Source of the DNA: Octopus sinensis
Taxonomy: Eukaryota
Reading direction: 5' to 3'
DNA: 64,000 nt
NCBI RefSeq assembly: GCF_006345805.1
Contig: NC_043003.1
Coordinates: 46,686,001 to 46,750,000, forward strand
The notes below the pieces were generated by a model, which saw only the letters and a program-made list of their open reading frames with translations, was not told the DNA's origin and made no database searches. Shown piece by piece: positions 25,911-38,370 of this stretch. A program made the translations under genes and the position numbers. Positions within the stretch are counted from its first letter, which is position 1. The number at the start of each line of letters is the position of its first letter.

Positions 25911-26353
25911 CTCTTTACTCTCTTTTACTCACTTTTACTTGTTTCAGTCATTTGACTGCAGCCATGCTGGAGCACCGCCTTTAGTCGGGCAAATCGACCC
26001 CAGGACTTATTCTTTGTAAGCCTAGTACTTATTCTATCGGTCTCCTTTGCCGAACCGCTAAGTTACGGGGACGTAAACACACCAGTATCGGTTGTCAAGC
26101 GATGTTGGGGGGACAAACACAGACACTCAAACATATACACACACATACTTATATATATATATATGACGGGCTTCTTTCAGTTTCCGTCTACCAAATCCAC
26201 TCACAAGGCTTTGGTTGGCCCGAAGCTATAATATAAAACACTTGCCACACAGTGGGACTGATACAATACAATGGGGCTGATGCCACACAGTGGGACTGAA
26301 CCCGGAACCATGTGGTTGGTAAGCAAGCTACTTATCACACAGCCACTCCTGCG
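25911..26353 (-). mobile_element. SINE family A with an internal 18-bp direct duplication (26244-26261 and 26282-26299)
   Basis: Full homology. GCCACACAGTGGGACTGA is repeated around a 20-bp insert. Confidence 0.85.
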
Positions 26354-27877
26354 CTTAAATGAGAAACTCTTTTCCTAAATTTCCATGCCAGACATCACAA
26401 TGTCGACTCACATATGTTCAAAGGCGATCTAACTATGAAGATCTTGACTTTTAAAAGACAATGATTCTAGGGCCACATTATCCTATGTGTCCTTCCCTTT
26501 TTAAAACCGAAATGGCTGCCATTTCACGTGAGCCTCAACATTAGAGACACGAGAGCTTACACGTGTAAGTGAGTGTATATATGCATATATATATAAATTA
26601 AATTAGAGATAAAACCACTATTAGTCAACTCAACAGTATTTATACTGTAAAATTTGATTTAATCCTAAATCTAATTTTTCCCTATAAGTTTGGATATACT
26701 CCCTAATGTTGTTATTATGCATATAATAATCAATATAAAGGGAAAACTATGAATTCCAATCACTCATAAAGTTATCAACGGGTTATTGTTATCAGAATTA
26801 GTGGACACCAAACTCATTATTTAAATTGAATTAAAACTTACAATCAAGGCTCCGGATCTGATCATCTAAATTTTCAAGCGAACAGTTACACAACCACTAT
26901 TAATAACACATTACTTGCTAGCGTAATGGAGATTAATGCAACAGGCGCGCTAGCTATGGGGGCTTAGTAGTTGTATGATACTTGGAGTGTGATGCATGAA
27001 AATGAGGGTGACAGAATCGTACCTTGGTCTAGGAGGAGGGATGCTGGTGCGTTAAGTTGGTGGATGTGACTGACAGTATTGGTGGTTGTGTATGTACGTA
27101 TATATATATATGTTCTTGATATTAACTTTGATGCGCACTCTTAACCTGTCTGTCCCATCCCTTTCTCAGCCTTCATTCTTTGATTTCCTTTTCCTCTACT
27201 TAACTTGTCTCTCCCTCTCTCTCACTCTTCACTCTCTTTCTCTCTCTCCCTCTCTCATTCTTCATGGTTTCCTCACAACCATTCCCCTTCTTCTCTCCCT
27301 TTCTCTTGCTCCTCCTCCCCCTCCCATCGTTGACCCGCGACGAGACTTCCGCTACTGTCTTTCTAGCCTAACCCTCTCGAGGTGTGGACAGCAATTCTTT
27401 TTGCTCCGTTCGTCGTTCACAAAAAATCCGCGTTCGTAATACTTTTTTTCGTTCGGCGTTAACAGCCCTTCTTATCTTGTTTTTCCTTGTCCTGTCTTTT
27501 ACTGTTTATAATTTGTACTGTCGTTACTGTCCTGTTTTTGTCACCATTTTTTACCCCTCTGCGAAAAGATCTCAAAATTTTAATTGATTTGCTTTTCGCA
27601 GGAAGGAAAGTTTCTTGTCGAAGATACGTCTCGCTTTCACCTTCGAAACGTAGAGTAGATGAAACCATAGCGACTGAAGAAGGGTTTTTTTCTTTGTGTT
27701 TATTGTCCTGTACTCTATTTTTTGTTGTTTAAAAAAATGTCCAGTTCCTTGGGTTTGTGTCTATGTTTTCGTTTCTCATTGTGTTCGACGTCTTTTTGGT
27801 GTCCTGTACTCATATATGCGTGTATATGTACATGTAGAGGTAGGTACGTACATATATGTTTATATATATGCATATGT

Positions 27878-27931
<54 letters not shown>

Positions 27932-27957
27932 ATATAATATATATATTATATATATGC

Positions 27958-28150
27958 ATGGCCCAGTGGTTAGGGCAGCGGACTTGCGGTCGGAGGATCG
28001 CGGTTTCGATTCCCAGACCGGGCGTTGTGTGTGTTTATTGAGCGAAAACACCTAAAAGCTCCACGAGGCTCCGGCAGGGGATGGTGGTGATCCCTGCTGT
28101 ACTCTTTCACCACTCTAAAGGCGGTGCTCCAGCATGGCCGCAGTCAAATG
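27958..28150 (+). mobile_element. Chimeric SINE: family C 5' part fused to the family A 3' tail
   Basis: Switch at about 28114 (CACCACT then CTAAAGGCGGTGCTCCAGC). Confidence 0.85.
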
Positions 28151-28238
28151 ACTGAAACAAGTACAAAAAAAAATATATATATACATATTCATCCTTTTCC
28201 AAAATAACTCCTTATATTGAACTCTACTATTTACCTCT

Positions 28239-28307
28239 AGTTAACTCTCATGTCGTCTCTGATGAAGGGATATCCCTAATATTCCAGAAACAGCCGTAAG
28301 ACTAACT
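28239..28307 (+). ncRNA. Type I hammerhead ribozyme motif in a Penelope-like terminal-repeat remnant
   Basis: Helix I GUCU/AGAC plus AGUUA/UAACU across an 11-nt bulge; CUGAUGA at 28259-28265; 7-bp helix II GGGAUAU/AUAUUCC; GAAA at 28287-28290; short helix III AC-agcc-GU; GUA at 28296-28298. Confidence 0.7.
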
Positions 28308-28379
28308 TTCTCTTGATAAATGTCGTATAAATTCCACACACCCTTTCTTTCGTTGTTTTATTTAATACATATTCTTTTA

Positions 28380-29200
28380 TTCTTTTATTCATTTATTTGT
28401 TTTAGTCATTTGACTGTGTCCATGCTGGAGCACTGCCTTTAGTCGAACAAATCGAAACCAGAACTTATTCTTTGTAAGCCTAGTACTTATTCTATCGGTC
28501 TCCTTTGCCGAACCGCTACGTTACGAGGACGTAAACACACCAGCATCGGTTGTCAAGCGATGGTGAGGGGGACAAACACAGACACACAAACATACACACA
28601 CACATATATATACGCACACACATACACACATACACACATACACATATACCTACATTCATGTATGCATACATACAAATGTACTTATAAATATATAGGCGCG
28701 GGGTGTAGGTTAAGAAACTTGCGTCCTAACCACCTGGTTTCGGGTTCAGTCCCACTGCGCGGCTACTTCTACTATAGCCTCAAAGCCTTGTGAGTGGATA
28801 TGGTAGACGGAAACCGAAAGTCCGTTCTATATATATATATACCAATATGTGTGTGTATACATATATACGAGGGGATGTTGAAAAGTTCCTGGCTTTGGGT
28901 AAAAAAAAATACAGGAGGATCAGTTAATTATATGATTTTATTCAACATACTCTACTCTCAGATTCAACATGCTTATTGCAGTGGTCCGTCAGTTTTTCTT
29001 AACTCTGTAAAAGAATTCGGAAGGTTGAGCCTCCTCCATTCAGGTCTTTCATGATACCCTTAAAGTCAGGAACTTTTCAGCAACCCTGCGTATGGTTTGT
29101 GTGTATGTATGTGCGTGTTCTTGTGAGTTTTTGTGTTTGTGTTTTTCTTCCACCCCCACCCATCGTTTGACAACTGATGTTGATGTGTATGCGTCCGTAT
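28380..29200. mobile_element. Cluster of family A fragments in both orientations, hosting a mariner-like MITE
   Basis: Minus-strand tail/body at about 28385-28600; plus-strand head/core at about 28695-28830 and body at about 29140-29200. Confidence 0.7.
28868..29090. mobile_element. Mariner-like MITE (223 bp)
   Basis: TA TSD; TIR CGAGGGGATGTTGAAAAGTTCCTGGCTTT versus CGCAGGGTTGCTGAAAAGTTCCTGACTTT. Confidence 0.82.
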
Positions 29201-29262
29201 AAAAGAGAACACTAGAATGTATACGTACTGGTCGCAGTATACTGACTGGAACAAGTAAAAGA

Positions 29263-29299
<37 letters not shown>

Positions 29300-29306
<7 letters not shown>

Positions 29307-29940
29307 CATTATTCTTTTACTTGTTTCAGTCATTTGATTGCGGCCATGCTGGATCACCGCCTTAAAGGGTTTTTAGTCAAAGAATTCGGCCCCACGACTT
29401 ATTCTTTGTAAACACACACGCATATATATATATAGGATTATTGATGCACACATATTTTAGGGAGCAAGTGATAAATTCGGAGAGAGAGGAATATATATAT
29501 ATAGAATATATATATTTATATTAGATATATAATGCCTTGTGAGTGGATTTGGTAGACGGAAACTGAAAGAAGCCTGTCGTATATATGTATATATATTATA
29601 TATATATATATATTATTCCTTTAATCTTTTACTTGTTTCAGTCATTTGATTGCGCCATGCTGGATCACCGCCTTAAAGGGTTTTTAGTCAAAGAATTCGG
29701 CCCCACGACTTATTCTTTGTAAACACACCGCACACGCATATATATCTATATATAATATATATTTATAGTAATTATTGATGCACACATATTTTAGGGAGCA
29801 AGTGATAAATTCGGAGAGAGAGGAATATATATATATAGAATATATATATTTATATTTAGATATATAATGCCTTGTGAGTGGATTTGGTAGACGGAAACTG
29901 AAAGAAGCCTGTCGTATATATGTATATATATATATATATG
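29300..29940 (+). repeat. Tandem duplication, period 312 bp
   Basis: TTACTTGTTTCAGTCATTTGATTGC at 29317 and 29629; unique interior sequence is also duplicated. Confidence 0.92.
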
Positions 29941-30289
29941 TGTATGTTTGTGTGTCTGTGTTTGTCCCCCTAGCATTGCTTGACAACCGATGCTGGTGTG
30001 TTTACGTCCCCGTCACTTAGCGGTTCGGCAAAAGAGACCGATAGAATAAGTACTGGGCTTACAAAGAATAAGTCCCGGGGTCGATTTGCTCGACTAAAGG
30101 CGGTGCTCCAGCATGGCCGCAGTCAAATGACTGAAACAGGCAAAGAGAAAGAGTAAGAGTATGGATTTATATGTGCAGCGATATGCATGTATAAATGTGT
30201 GTAAGCAAAAGAAACAACATTTGCTTGAAAGAGCCTAACAGAAGAAAGTTTGATTTGTAAAACGAAAATGAGTGTAACAAGTTCGAAGA

Positions 30290-30800
30290 AAGAGCGGGAA
30301 AGAGAGAATGGCAGATAGAGGGAGGGAGATAGAGAGAGACAAACAGAACGTGAGTGTTGATGAGAATGAATGAAGAGAGTATATGGCTGTGATGATGAAA
30401 GGCGAGAAGTTAGGAAGTGGAGGCTGTGTAGGTGGGATTAGAGATAAAACGACAGGTTAATATGGAGTACGGAGGTAGGTGTTGTAGAGGAGAAGACAGA
30501 GACACAGGCAGGGAGTGTGAAAGAATGTAGTGGGACGAGGTGAAATTGTGAAAGAAAAAGGAAATAATAATAGAAAGGTGACTAAGGGGACATGAGAGGG
30601 AGAGAGAGAGAAAGAAGGAGTGAGAGTGAATATGACAGAGAGAAAAGAGAGAGAGAAAGAGTGAGAGAGAGATGCAGGGAGATAAGAGAACTTACGGAGA
30701 AAACGATAGCGGAGAAAGCGAGAGAGAGAGAGTGAGAGAGTGAGAGAGGCGATAACGACAGATAAAGCGAGGAATGGTGTTAGGAAAGGACGAAGGTGAA
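30290..30800. repeat. GA-rich purine low-complexity tract
   Basis: Direct reading. Confidence 0.85.
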
Positions 30801-31947
30801 GTAGGAGGCTAGTCAAGTGACATAGGTGGAAATAAACAAAAGTTTTGGCCAGCAGACGACCGAGGAGAGAGAGAAAGAAAGAACGGCTAACTTACAGTTG
30901 AAGACACCATTTTACTGTGTGTGTTATGTTTGTTATGTATGTTCCGGATGGAATATATACATTATATATAGATATGTATGTGTACATGTGCATGTATATA
31001 TGCAAACGCCATCTTCTTTGTTTATACCAATAGATCAGGACTGAAACGCACTGAAAAAAAAAAAAAAAACTCTTAGATCAGTAATAGTTATCGTTGTAGT
31101 TATTGTATGTGTTATTTTTGTTATTGATGCTGTTGTTAAGGTTATTATGAAAAAGGAAATGTTGTATTCCTAATTTGTTTTTTGTTGTTTTTTTTTAAAG
31201 TGAAACAATATAAGATTACACAAAATATTCCCAACAAAATGATAAATTATTTTAAAAAGAAGGATCAGGGAACTTTAAGAAAAAGTTGAGTACGACGGCA
31301 ACCACTTAAAAGGAACGAAAAATACCATAAATATTTAACTGAGAGAAAAAAAAATAATGGAAAGAAATGTTTGAGAAATGACCCTGAACTTTGAAACAAA
31401 AATATTAGTAGTAGTAGTAGTAGTAGTTGTAGTTGTAATATCATTAGCAGTAATAAATAGCTAAGGTAAATGGTACTGTACAGGCCACTTAATCAACGAC
31501 AGTTACAATAACAATGCCGATACGAACGCATAATGTTACAAAGTAAACAAAGGAAGAAAAGAGATATATATAATAATTGTTTGTTTGTTTTTAACAACTA
31601 ATTTATCACCTCATTCCTCACCTCTCATTCCTCCTAAAATTATGAACAAATATTAACAACATCGACAAGTTACAATAATAACAACGCGATTCGGTAATAA
31701 CGAAAACAATAACAATATTAGTCTGAACCACATCTACAACAGTGGTGTTAAATTTAAAGTCAAAAGGAAAATACATTGTATTCAGTTTTACTCGACAATA
31801 TAGTTTATATATTTTCTGAAAAAATTATTACCTTATGGAAGTGACTACAAGTGATCAGGATCTGCACACGATCGGTAAGTAGGCATTTTGTTAGTTTTTT
31901 TTTTTTTTTTTTTTTTGTTTTTCCTTAATATTTCTAATTGATTGTAA

Positions 31948-32630
31948 GACGGCGAGCTGGCAGAAACGTTAGCACGCCGGGCGAAAAGCTTTGTGGTCTT
32001 TCGTCCGCCGCTGCGTTCTGAGTTCAAATTCTGCCGAGGTCGACTTTGCCTTCCATCTATTCGGGGTCGATGAATTAAGTAACAGTTACGCACTGGGGTC
32101 GATATAATCGACTTAATCCGTTTGTCTGTCCTTGTTTGTCCTCTCCGTGTTTAGCCCCTTGTGGGTAGTAAAGAAATAGGTATTTCGTCTGTCTTTATGC
32201 TCTGAGTTCAAATTCCGCTGTGGTCGACTTTGCCTTCCATCCTTTCGGGGTCGATAAATACGTACCAGTTACGCACTGGGGTCGATATAATCGACTTAAT
32301 CAGTTTGTTTGTCCTTGTTTGTTCCCTCTGTGTTTAGCCCCTTGTGGGTAGTAAAGAAATAGGTATTTCATCTGCCGCTACGTTCTGCGTTCAAATTCCG
32401 CCGAGGTCGACTTTGCCTTTCATCCTTTCGGGGTCGATATAATCGACTCAATCAGTTTGTCTGTCCTTGTTTGTTCCCTCTGTGTTTAGCCCCTTGTGAG
32501 TCTTAAAGAAATAGGTATACTTTGCCTTTCGAGATTCGATAAAATAAGTATCAATTGAACACTGGGGTCGTGGTAGTAGACTTACCCACTTGCCCGAAAT
32601 TACTGGCCTTGTACCCAAACTTTGAAATCA
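31948..32630 (+). mobile_element. SINE family B tandem array (3 units) ending in an older B-subfamily tail
   Basis: Unit period about 183 bp; imperfect flanking AATATTT(C)TAATT(G/C)ATT repeat. Confidence 0.85.
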
Positions 32631-33104
32631 ATATTTTAATTCATTCATAATAGTGCAAGTACAATTCGCCGAGGATTATAAATAGAAACCGCACGTGTCG
32701 GGAACGTAAAATTGTTAAAGCATCGGGGGAAAACTTTGCTTTGTAGTATTCGTTCCAAATCTTTTCTTTCTGAGTTCAAATCCTACCGAGAACAACTTTA
32801 CCTAAATTGTTATAATAAAGTACCAATCAAGTACTTTCCTTTGAAATTGATAGTTTTTTTTTTATCTAACACAGAAACCTTTTTGTTTCCATGATTTGAG
32901 AAATAACCCCCCGCCCACCCAAAGAATGCACTAGACTGTGCTTAAAAAGGGGAAAGGTTTCGGATTCTTTTATTCTTTTACTAGTTTCAATCATTAAATG
33001 GCACCCATGCTGAGATATCAGCTTCAACCATATCGACTTGAGCATATTGAAAATCATTTGTCGAACCGCTAATTTACGCAAATAACACTAACATAAATTA
33101 CACT

Positions 33105-33128
33105 GTATATGTTTATATGTATATATAC

Positions 33129-33169
<41 letters not shown>

Positions 33170-33433
33170 GATATGTATGGGATGTATATGTATATATGTA
33201 TACACACACATAGATACATGTATATATGTATATATAGGTATATATATATATATTATATATATTATATATATATATACATAGACAGATATATATGTATGTA
33301 ATATATATATATATATATACATAGATACATATATATATGTATATATATATATATATATATACATAGATACATATATATAGGTATAGATATATATATATTT
33401 ATATATTCATATATATATATTATATATACATAG

Positions 33434-33481
<48 letters not shown>

Positions 33482-33650
33482 GTATGTATATGATATATAT
33501 ATATATATAATATACATATATAATATATACATATATATATTATACATATTATATAATATATATATATGATATATATATATATATATAATATAATATACAT
33601 ATATATATATATACATTCTATATATACATATACATATATATATGTATATA
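33105..33650. repeat. Long imperfect (TA)n field
   Basis: Direct reading. Confidence 0.97.
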
Positions 33651-33789
33651 TATATTGGAAGGTTTGGAGATGATGTACAGGTATTATATATTAAAAGAAA
33701 TGAGGTAATCAGATCGGATGGTTCATATTTATAGATATTTATTTATATATTACATGTATATATATTACTCATAGATAAATGATGTATGG

Positions 33790-33839
<50 letters not shown>

Positions 33840-34049
33840 CATACAAAAAATATATATATATATATATGTGTGTGTATACACACACATTATGCTTTCTATC
33901 AGCCATGTAACAGCTTTTAGATATCGTTAAAATATAACTATTTATAAAATACTAAATCCCTAAAAACAATTATCTAACCGTTGCATTAGCATGCTTTTTT
34001 CGATATGAAATATATATATATATATCTATTGTGGGTTACATACACACAT

Positions 34050-34101
<52 letters not shown>

Positions 34102-34339
34102 TATGAACAGTTTGTTGTGTCTAACAAACGCGTTTCAGGGACTATTGGAGAAATGAAGATCATTTAAAAAAGACACTCACCCAGCATGTTATGCACTAGG
34201 ATCGAACGTCAGCTTACGTGGCTGTGATGCGAACTTTCTAACATCATAAAGTCTATTTTGATAGATACATATTATTCTATTTAGCTGCATATGAGTGAGT
34301 GTGTATAGTACTAAAGCTTAATTTATTTACACCTGTAAC

Positions 34340-34830
34340 CAATATTGGTTACAAATTTTGGCACAAGGCCAGCAATTTCGGAGGAGAGGGAAAAGTTAGT
34401 TACATCGAGTACAGTTCTCAACTGGTGCTTATTCTATCGACCCCGAGAAGGACGAAAGGTAAAATCGACCTCGGCGGAATTTGATCCCAGAACATAAAGA
34501 CGGACGAAATGCCGCTAGGCATTTTGCACGGCGTGCTAACGATTCTGCCAGCTCGTCGCCCTATAATAAGTTAGCTAATATTAGCTACAGGTAGAGAGCA
34601 ATGAGCTGGCAGAATCGTTAGCACGCCGGGCAAAATGCTTAGCGACATTTCGTCCGTCTTTGTGTTCTGAGTTCAAATTCCGCCGAGGTCGATTTTACCT
34701 TTCATCCTTTCAGAGTCGATAAAATAACTACCAGTTGAGCACTGAGTTTGATGTAAACGACGTACCCACTTTCCTCCGAAAAATGAGGGCCATGTCCCAA
34801 AATTTGGGACCCATATTACAATTTAGTATA
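34340..34830. mobile_element. Head-to-head pair of family B SINEs (34340-34562 minus; 34603-34830 plus)
   Basis: Both carry the A/B-box head and the GCC/ACC-TTTCATCCTTTC core; spacer about 40 bp. Confidence 0.85.
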
Positions 34831-35752
34831 TTGTAGTATGTTTGGTGTAATATAACAGAAATATTATAATGATATATAAATGATGTTGTTTTATGCAGCT
34901 TACAGCACCTTAGGTGGATGCTATATAACTCACCTGTTGATAATATACTCTGGCTTGCTGATATATATATATATATATATATATTTATGCACCTATTGAT
35001 ATATAAACACGCACCTGTAGACAGTGTTGCAATATATATTGTATGACGGTCGTTTAGCTGTATATCGACCCTACGATTAAAGGTGCTCCAGTTGGCACCT
35101 ATTGAGTAAAAGCATAAATGATCAACAAAGAATGTTTAAAGGTGGTGCCCCAGCATGGCCGCAGTCCAGTGACTGAAACTAATAAAACAATAAAATTCTA
35201 ACATCTGAATGATAATCGAAATAATCATAGGTGAGAGTTTAGGTACGTCTGTTATTACAAGAAGTTATTTATATAGACTCAGAAAAATGCATATACGATG
35301 TTTATGTACTCTCAGTTATATGCATGTAGCATATTTATATACACTCGGTATATGTAAGATATTTATACATTCTCATTAATCTGTATGTTGTATTCTTCTA
35401 TACACTCAATCACATGTGTATAAGATATCTACATTCACTCAATAACCTATATGTAGGATATTTATATACACGCATTAACCTGTATGTAGTGTTTTTATAT
35501 GCATTCAGTCACATGTACGTAGGACGTCTATATACACTCTGGGTTCAAATTCCGCCGTGGTCGATTTTACCTTTCATCCTTTCTGGGTCGATAAAATAAC
35601 AACCAGTTGAGCACTGGGTTTGATGTAAATGACGTACCCACTTTCCTCCAAAAATAAGGGCCATGTCCCAAAATTTGGAACCCATATTACAATTTAGTAT
35701 ATTGTAGTATGTTTGATGTAATATAACAGAAATATTATAATGATATATAAAT
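34671..35752 (+). repeat. Direct duplication of about 210 bp (34671-34881 and 35543-35752), SINE 3' part plus unique flank
   Basis: Identity continues about 65 bp beyond the SINE end. Confidence 0.88.
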
Positions 35753-35900
35753 CTTATAATGATATACAGTATATACATATACACTCGGTAACTTAAATGT
35801 TGTATATTTTATATACACTCATAAACCTGTCCGTAAGGTATTTATATACGATCAGTAACATGCTGTAACATATCGATATACATACAGTTATCTGGATGTA
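35255..35900 (+). repeat. Degenerate minisatellite, unit about 33 bp (TATATACACTC...TGTA...GATAT)
   Basis: Recurrent TATACACTC motif at regular spacing. Confidence 0.55.
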
Positions 35901-35920
35901 CTGTACGATCGGTATGTACC

Positions 35921-36214
35921 TTTTTTTTTTTACGTTTCAGTCATATGACTGTGGCCATGCGGGGCACCGCCTTCAGGGGTTTTAGTCGAACAAATCGACC
36001 CTAGGACTTATTTATTTTGTGAAGCTTACTACTTATTCTATCGGTTTCCCTTTGCCGAACCGCTAAGTTACGAGGACGTAAACACACCAACACTGGTTGT
36101 CAAGCAGTGGCGGGGAAACCACACAGTCACGAAGATACACGTAGATATACAAATATATATATATATGTGTGTGTGTGTGTATCTGAAAGAAGCTTGTGTA
36201 TATATGTAATATAA

Positions 36215-36258
<44 letters not shown>

Positions 36259-36443
36259 ATATAATATATATATATAAATATCTATATATATATGACAGGT
36301 TCCTTTCAGTTTCTATCTACCACTCACAAGTCTTTGGTCGGCCCGAGGCCATAGTAAACACTTACCCAAGGTGCTTCGAAGTGGGTCTGAGCCCGGAGCC
36401 ATATGGTTCGGAAGCAAGCTTCTTATCACACAGCCTAGCCTGT
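35921..36443 (-). mobile_element. SINE family A
   Basis: Homology with expanded internal (TA)n. Confidence 0.8.
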
Positions 36444-36571
36444 AGTTATATACATTAAATATGCATTATATTGATGCTACACTGAAGAAACATTTATAAA
36501 ATTACTATCATTCTTGCACGAACATGACTAATGATACAAAATAAGCGAACTTTATTAATCCTTTCAAATAT

Positions 36572-37347
36572 TTATTTATTTATTGCCCACAAGGGGCTAA
36601 ACATAGAGGGGACAAACAAGGACAGACAAACGGATTAAGTCAATTACATCGACCCAGTGCGTAACTGGTACATATTTAATCGACTCCGAAAGGATGAAAG
36701 GCAAAGTCGACCTCGGCGGAATTTGAACTCAGAACGTAACGGCAGACGAAATACCTATTTCCTTACTACCCACAAGGGGCTAAACACAGAGAGGACAAAC
36801 AAGGACAGACAAACGGATTAAGTCGATTATATCGACCCCAGTGCGTAACTGGTACATATTTAATCGACTCCGAAAGGATGAAAGGCAAAGTCGACCTCGG
36901 CGGAATTTGAACTCAGAACGTAACGGCAGACGAAATACCTATTTCCTTACTACCCACAGGGGCTAAACACAGAGGGGACAAACAAGGACAGAAAACGGAT
37001 TAAGTCAATTACTCGACCCTCAGTGCGTAACTGGTACATATTTAATTGACTCCGAAAGGATGAAAGGCAAAGTCGACCTCGGCGGAATTTGAACTCAGAA
37101 CGTAACGGCAGACGAAATACCTATTTCCTTACTACCCACAAGGGGCTAAACACAGAGAGGACAAACAAGGACAGACAAACGGATTAAGTCAATTACATCG
37201 ACGCCAGTACGTAACTGGTACTTAATTTATCAACCCCGAAAGGATGAAAGGCAACGGCGGAATTTGAACTCAGAACGTAACGGTAGACGAAATACGGCTA
37301 CGCATTTCGCCCGGCGTGCTAACGTTTCTGCCAGCTCTTCGCCCTCT
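36572..37347 (-). mobile_element. SINE family B tandem array (one head plus 4 units), 14-bp TSD
   Basis: CCCACA(A)GGGGC at 36586, 36769, 36953 and 37135. TSD ATCCTTTCAAATAT at 36558-36571 and 37348-37361. (TAAA)n tail. Confidence 0.92.
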
Positions 37348-37528
37348 ATCCTTTCAAATATATAACATGAAACTTTGACTTTAATCTTTATATATTCTGA
37401 AAAAAAAAAAGTTTTAATCATGAAATATATAATCACGCAACTAACTCCCGCTCCCGAAAATTACTGGCCGTTTACTTATTGTAGAAGAAATTATTTCTAT
37501 AATCTCAATACAATTTATTGCGATATTG

Positions 37529-37913
37529 GTAGAGGCGCAATGGCCCAGTGGTTAGGGCAGCGGACTCGCGGTCATAGGATCGCGGTTTCGATTCCCAGAC
37601 CGGGCGTTGTGAGTGTTTATTGAGCGAAAACACCTAAAGCTCCACGAGGCTCCGGCAGGGATGGTGGTGATCCCTGCTGTGCTCTTTCACCACAACTTTC
37701 TCTCACTCTTGCTTCCTGTTTCTGTTGTACCTGTATTTCAAAGGGCCGGCCTTGTCACTCTCTGTGTCACGCTGAATATCCCCCGAGAACTACGTTAAGG
37801 GCACACGTGTCTGTGGAGTGCTCAGCCACTTACACGTTAGTTTCACGAGCAGGCTGTTCCGTTGATTCGGATCAACCGGAACCCTCGTCGTCGTAACCGA
37901 CGGAGTGCTTCCA
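37529..37913 (+). mobile_element. SINE family C, young full-length copy, 13-bp TSD
   Basis: TATTGCGATATTG at 37516-37528 and 37914-37926; near-identical to 12201-12583. Confidence 0.92.
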
Positions 37914-37924
37914 TATTGCGATAT

Positions 37925-38370
37925 TGATTTCAAATTTTGGCACAAGGCCAGTAATTTCGGGACAGGAGCTAAATCGATTATATCGACCATCGACCTCAGT
38001 GTTCAACTGGTACTTATTTTATCGAACCCGAAAGGATGAAAGGCAAAGTCGACCTCAGCGGTATTTGAACTCAGAACGTAAAGACGAACGAAATGCCTTA
38101 AGCATATTGTGCGACACGCTAGCGATTCTGCCAGCTCACCACCTTAATTTGTTGTGGTTATTTACTATCAGATCTGAAAGAGCAGTGTGGTGGAAGACTC
38201 GTTAGTGCATCAAACAAAAAGCTAAGCCACATTTCGTCCAGTTTGCGTTCGAGTTCAGATTCCGCCGAGGACGAGTTTGCCTTTCGTCCTTTCGGGATCG
38301 ACGAAATAATTAAGTACCCAGGTGAGCACTGGGATCAATGTAATGAGTAGCACACCCCGCCCTCACTATC
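37925..38370. mobile_element. Second head-to-head family B pair (37925-38125 minus; 38190-38370 plus)
   Basis: Homology to family B. Confidence 0.7.

Noticed and set aside
37532-37605. SINE heads as tRNA genes
   Set aside because: A/B-box-like motifs are present, but there is no complete cloverleaf and they run into SINE bodies with TSDs.
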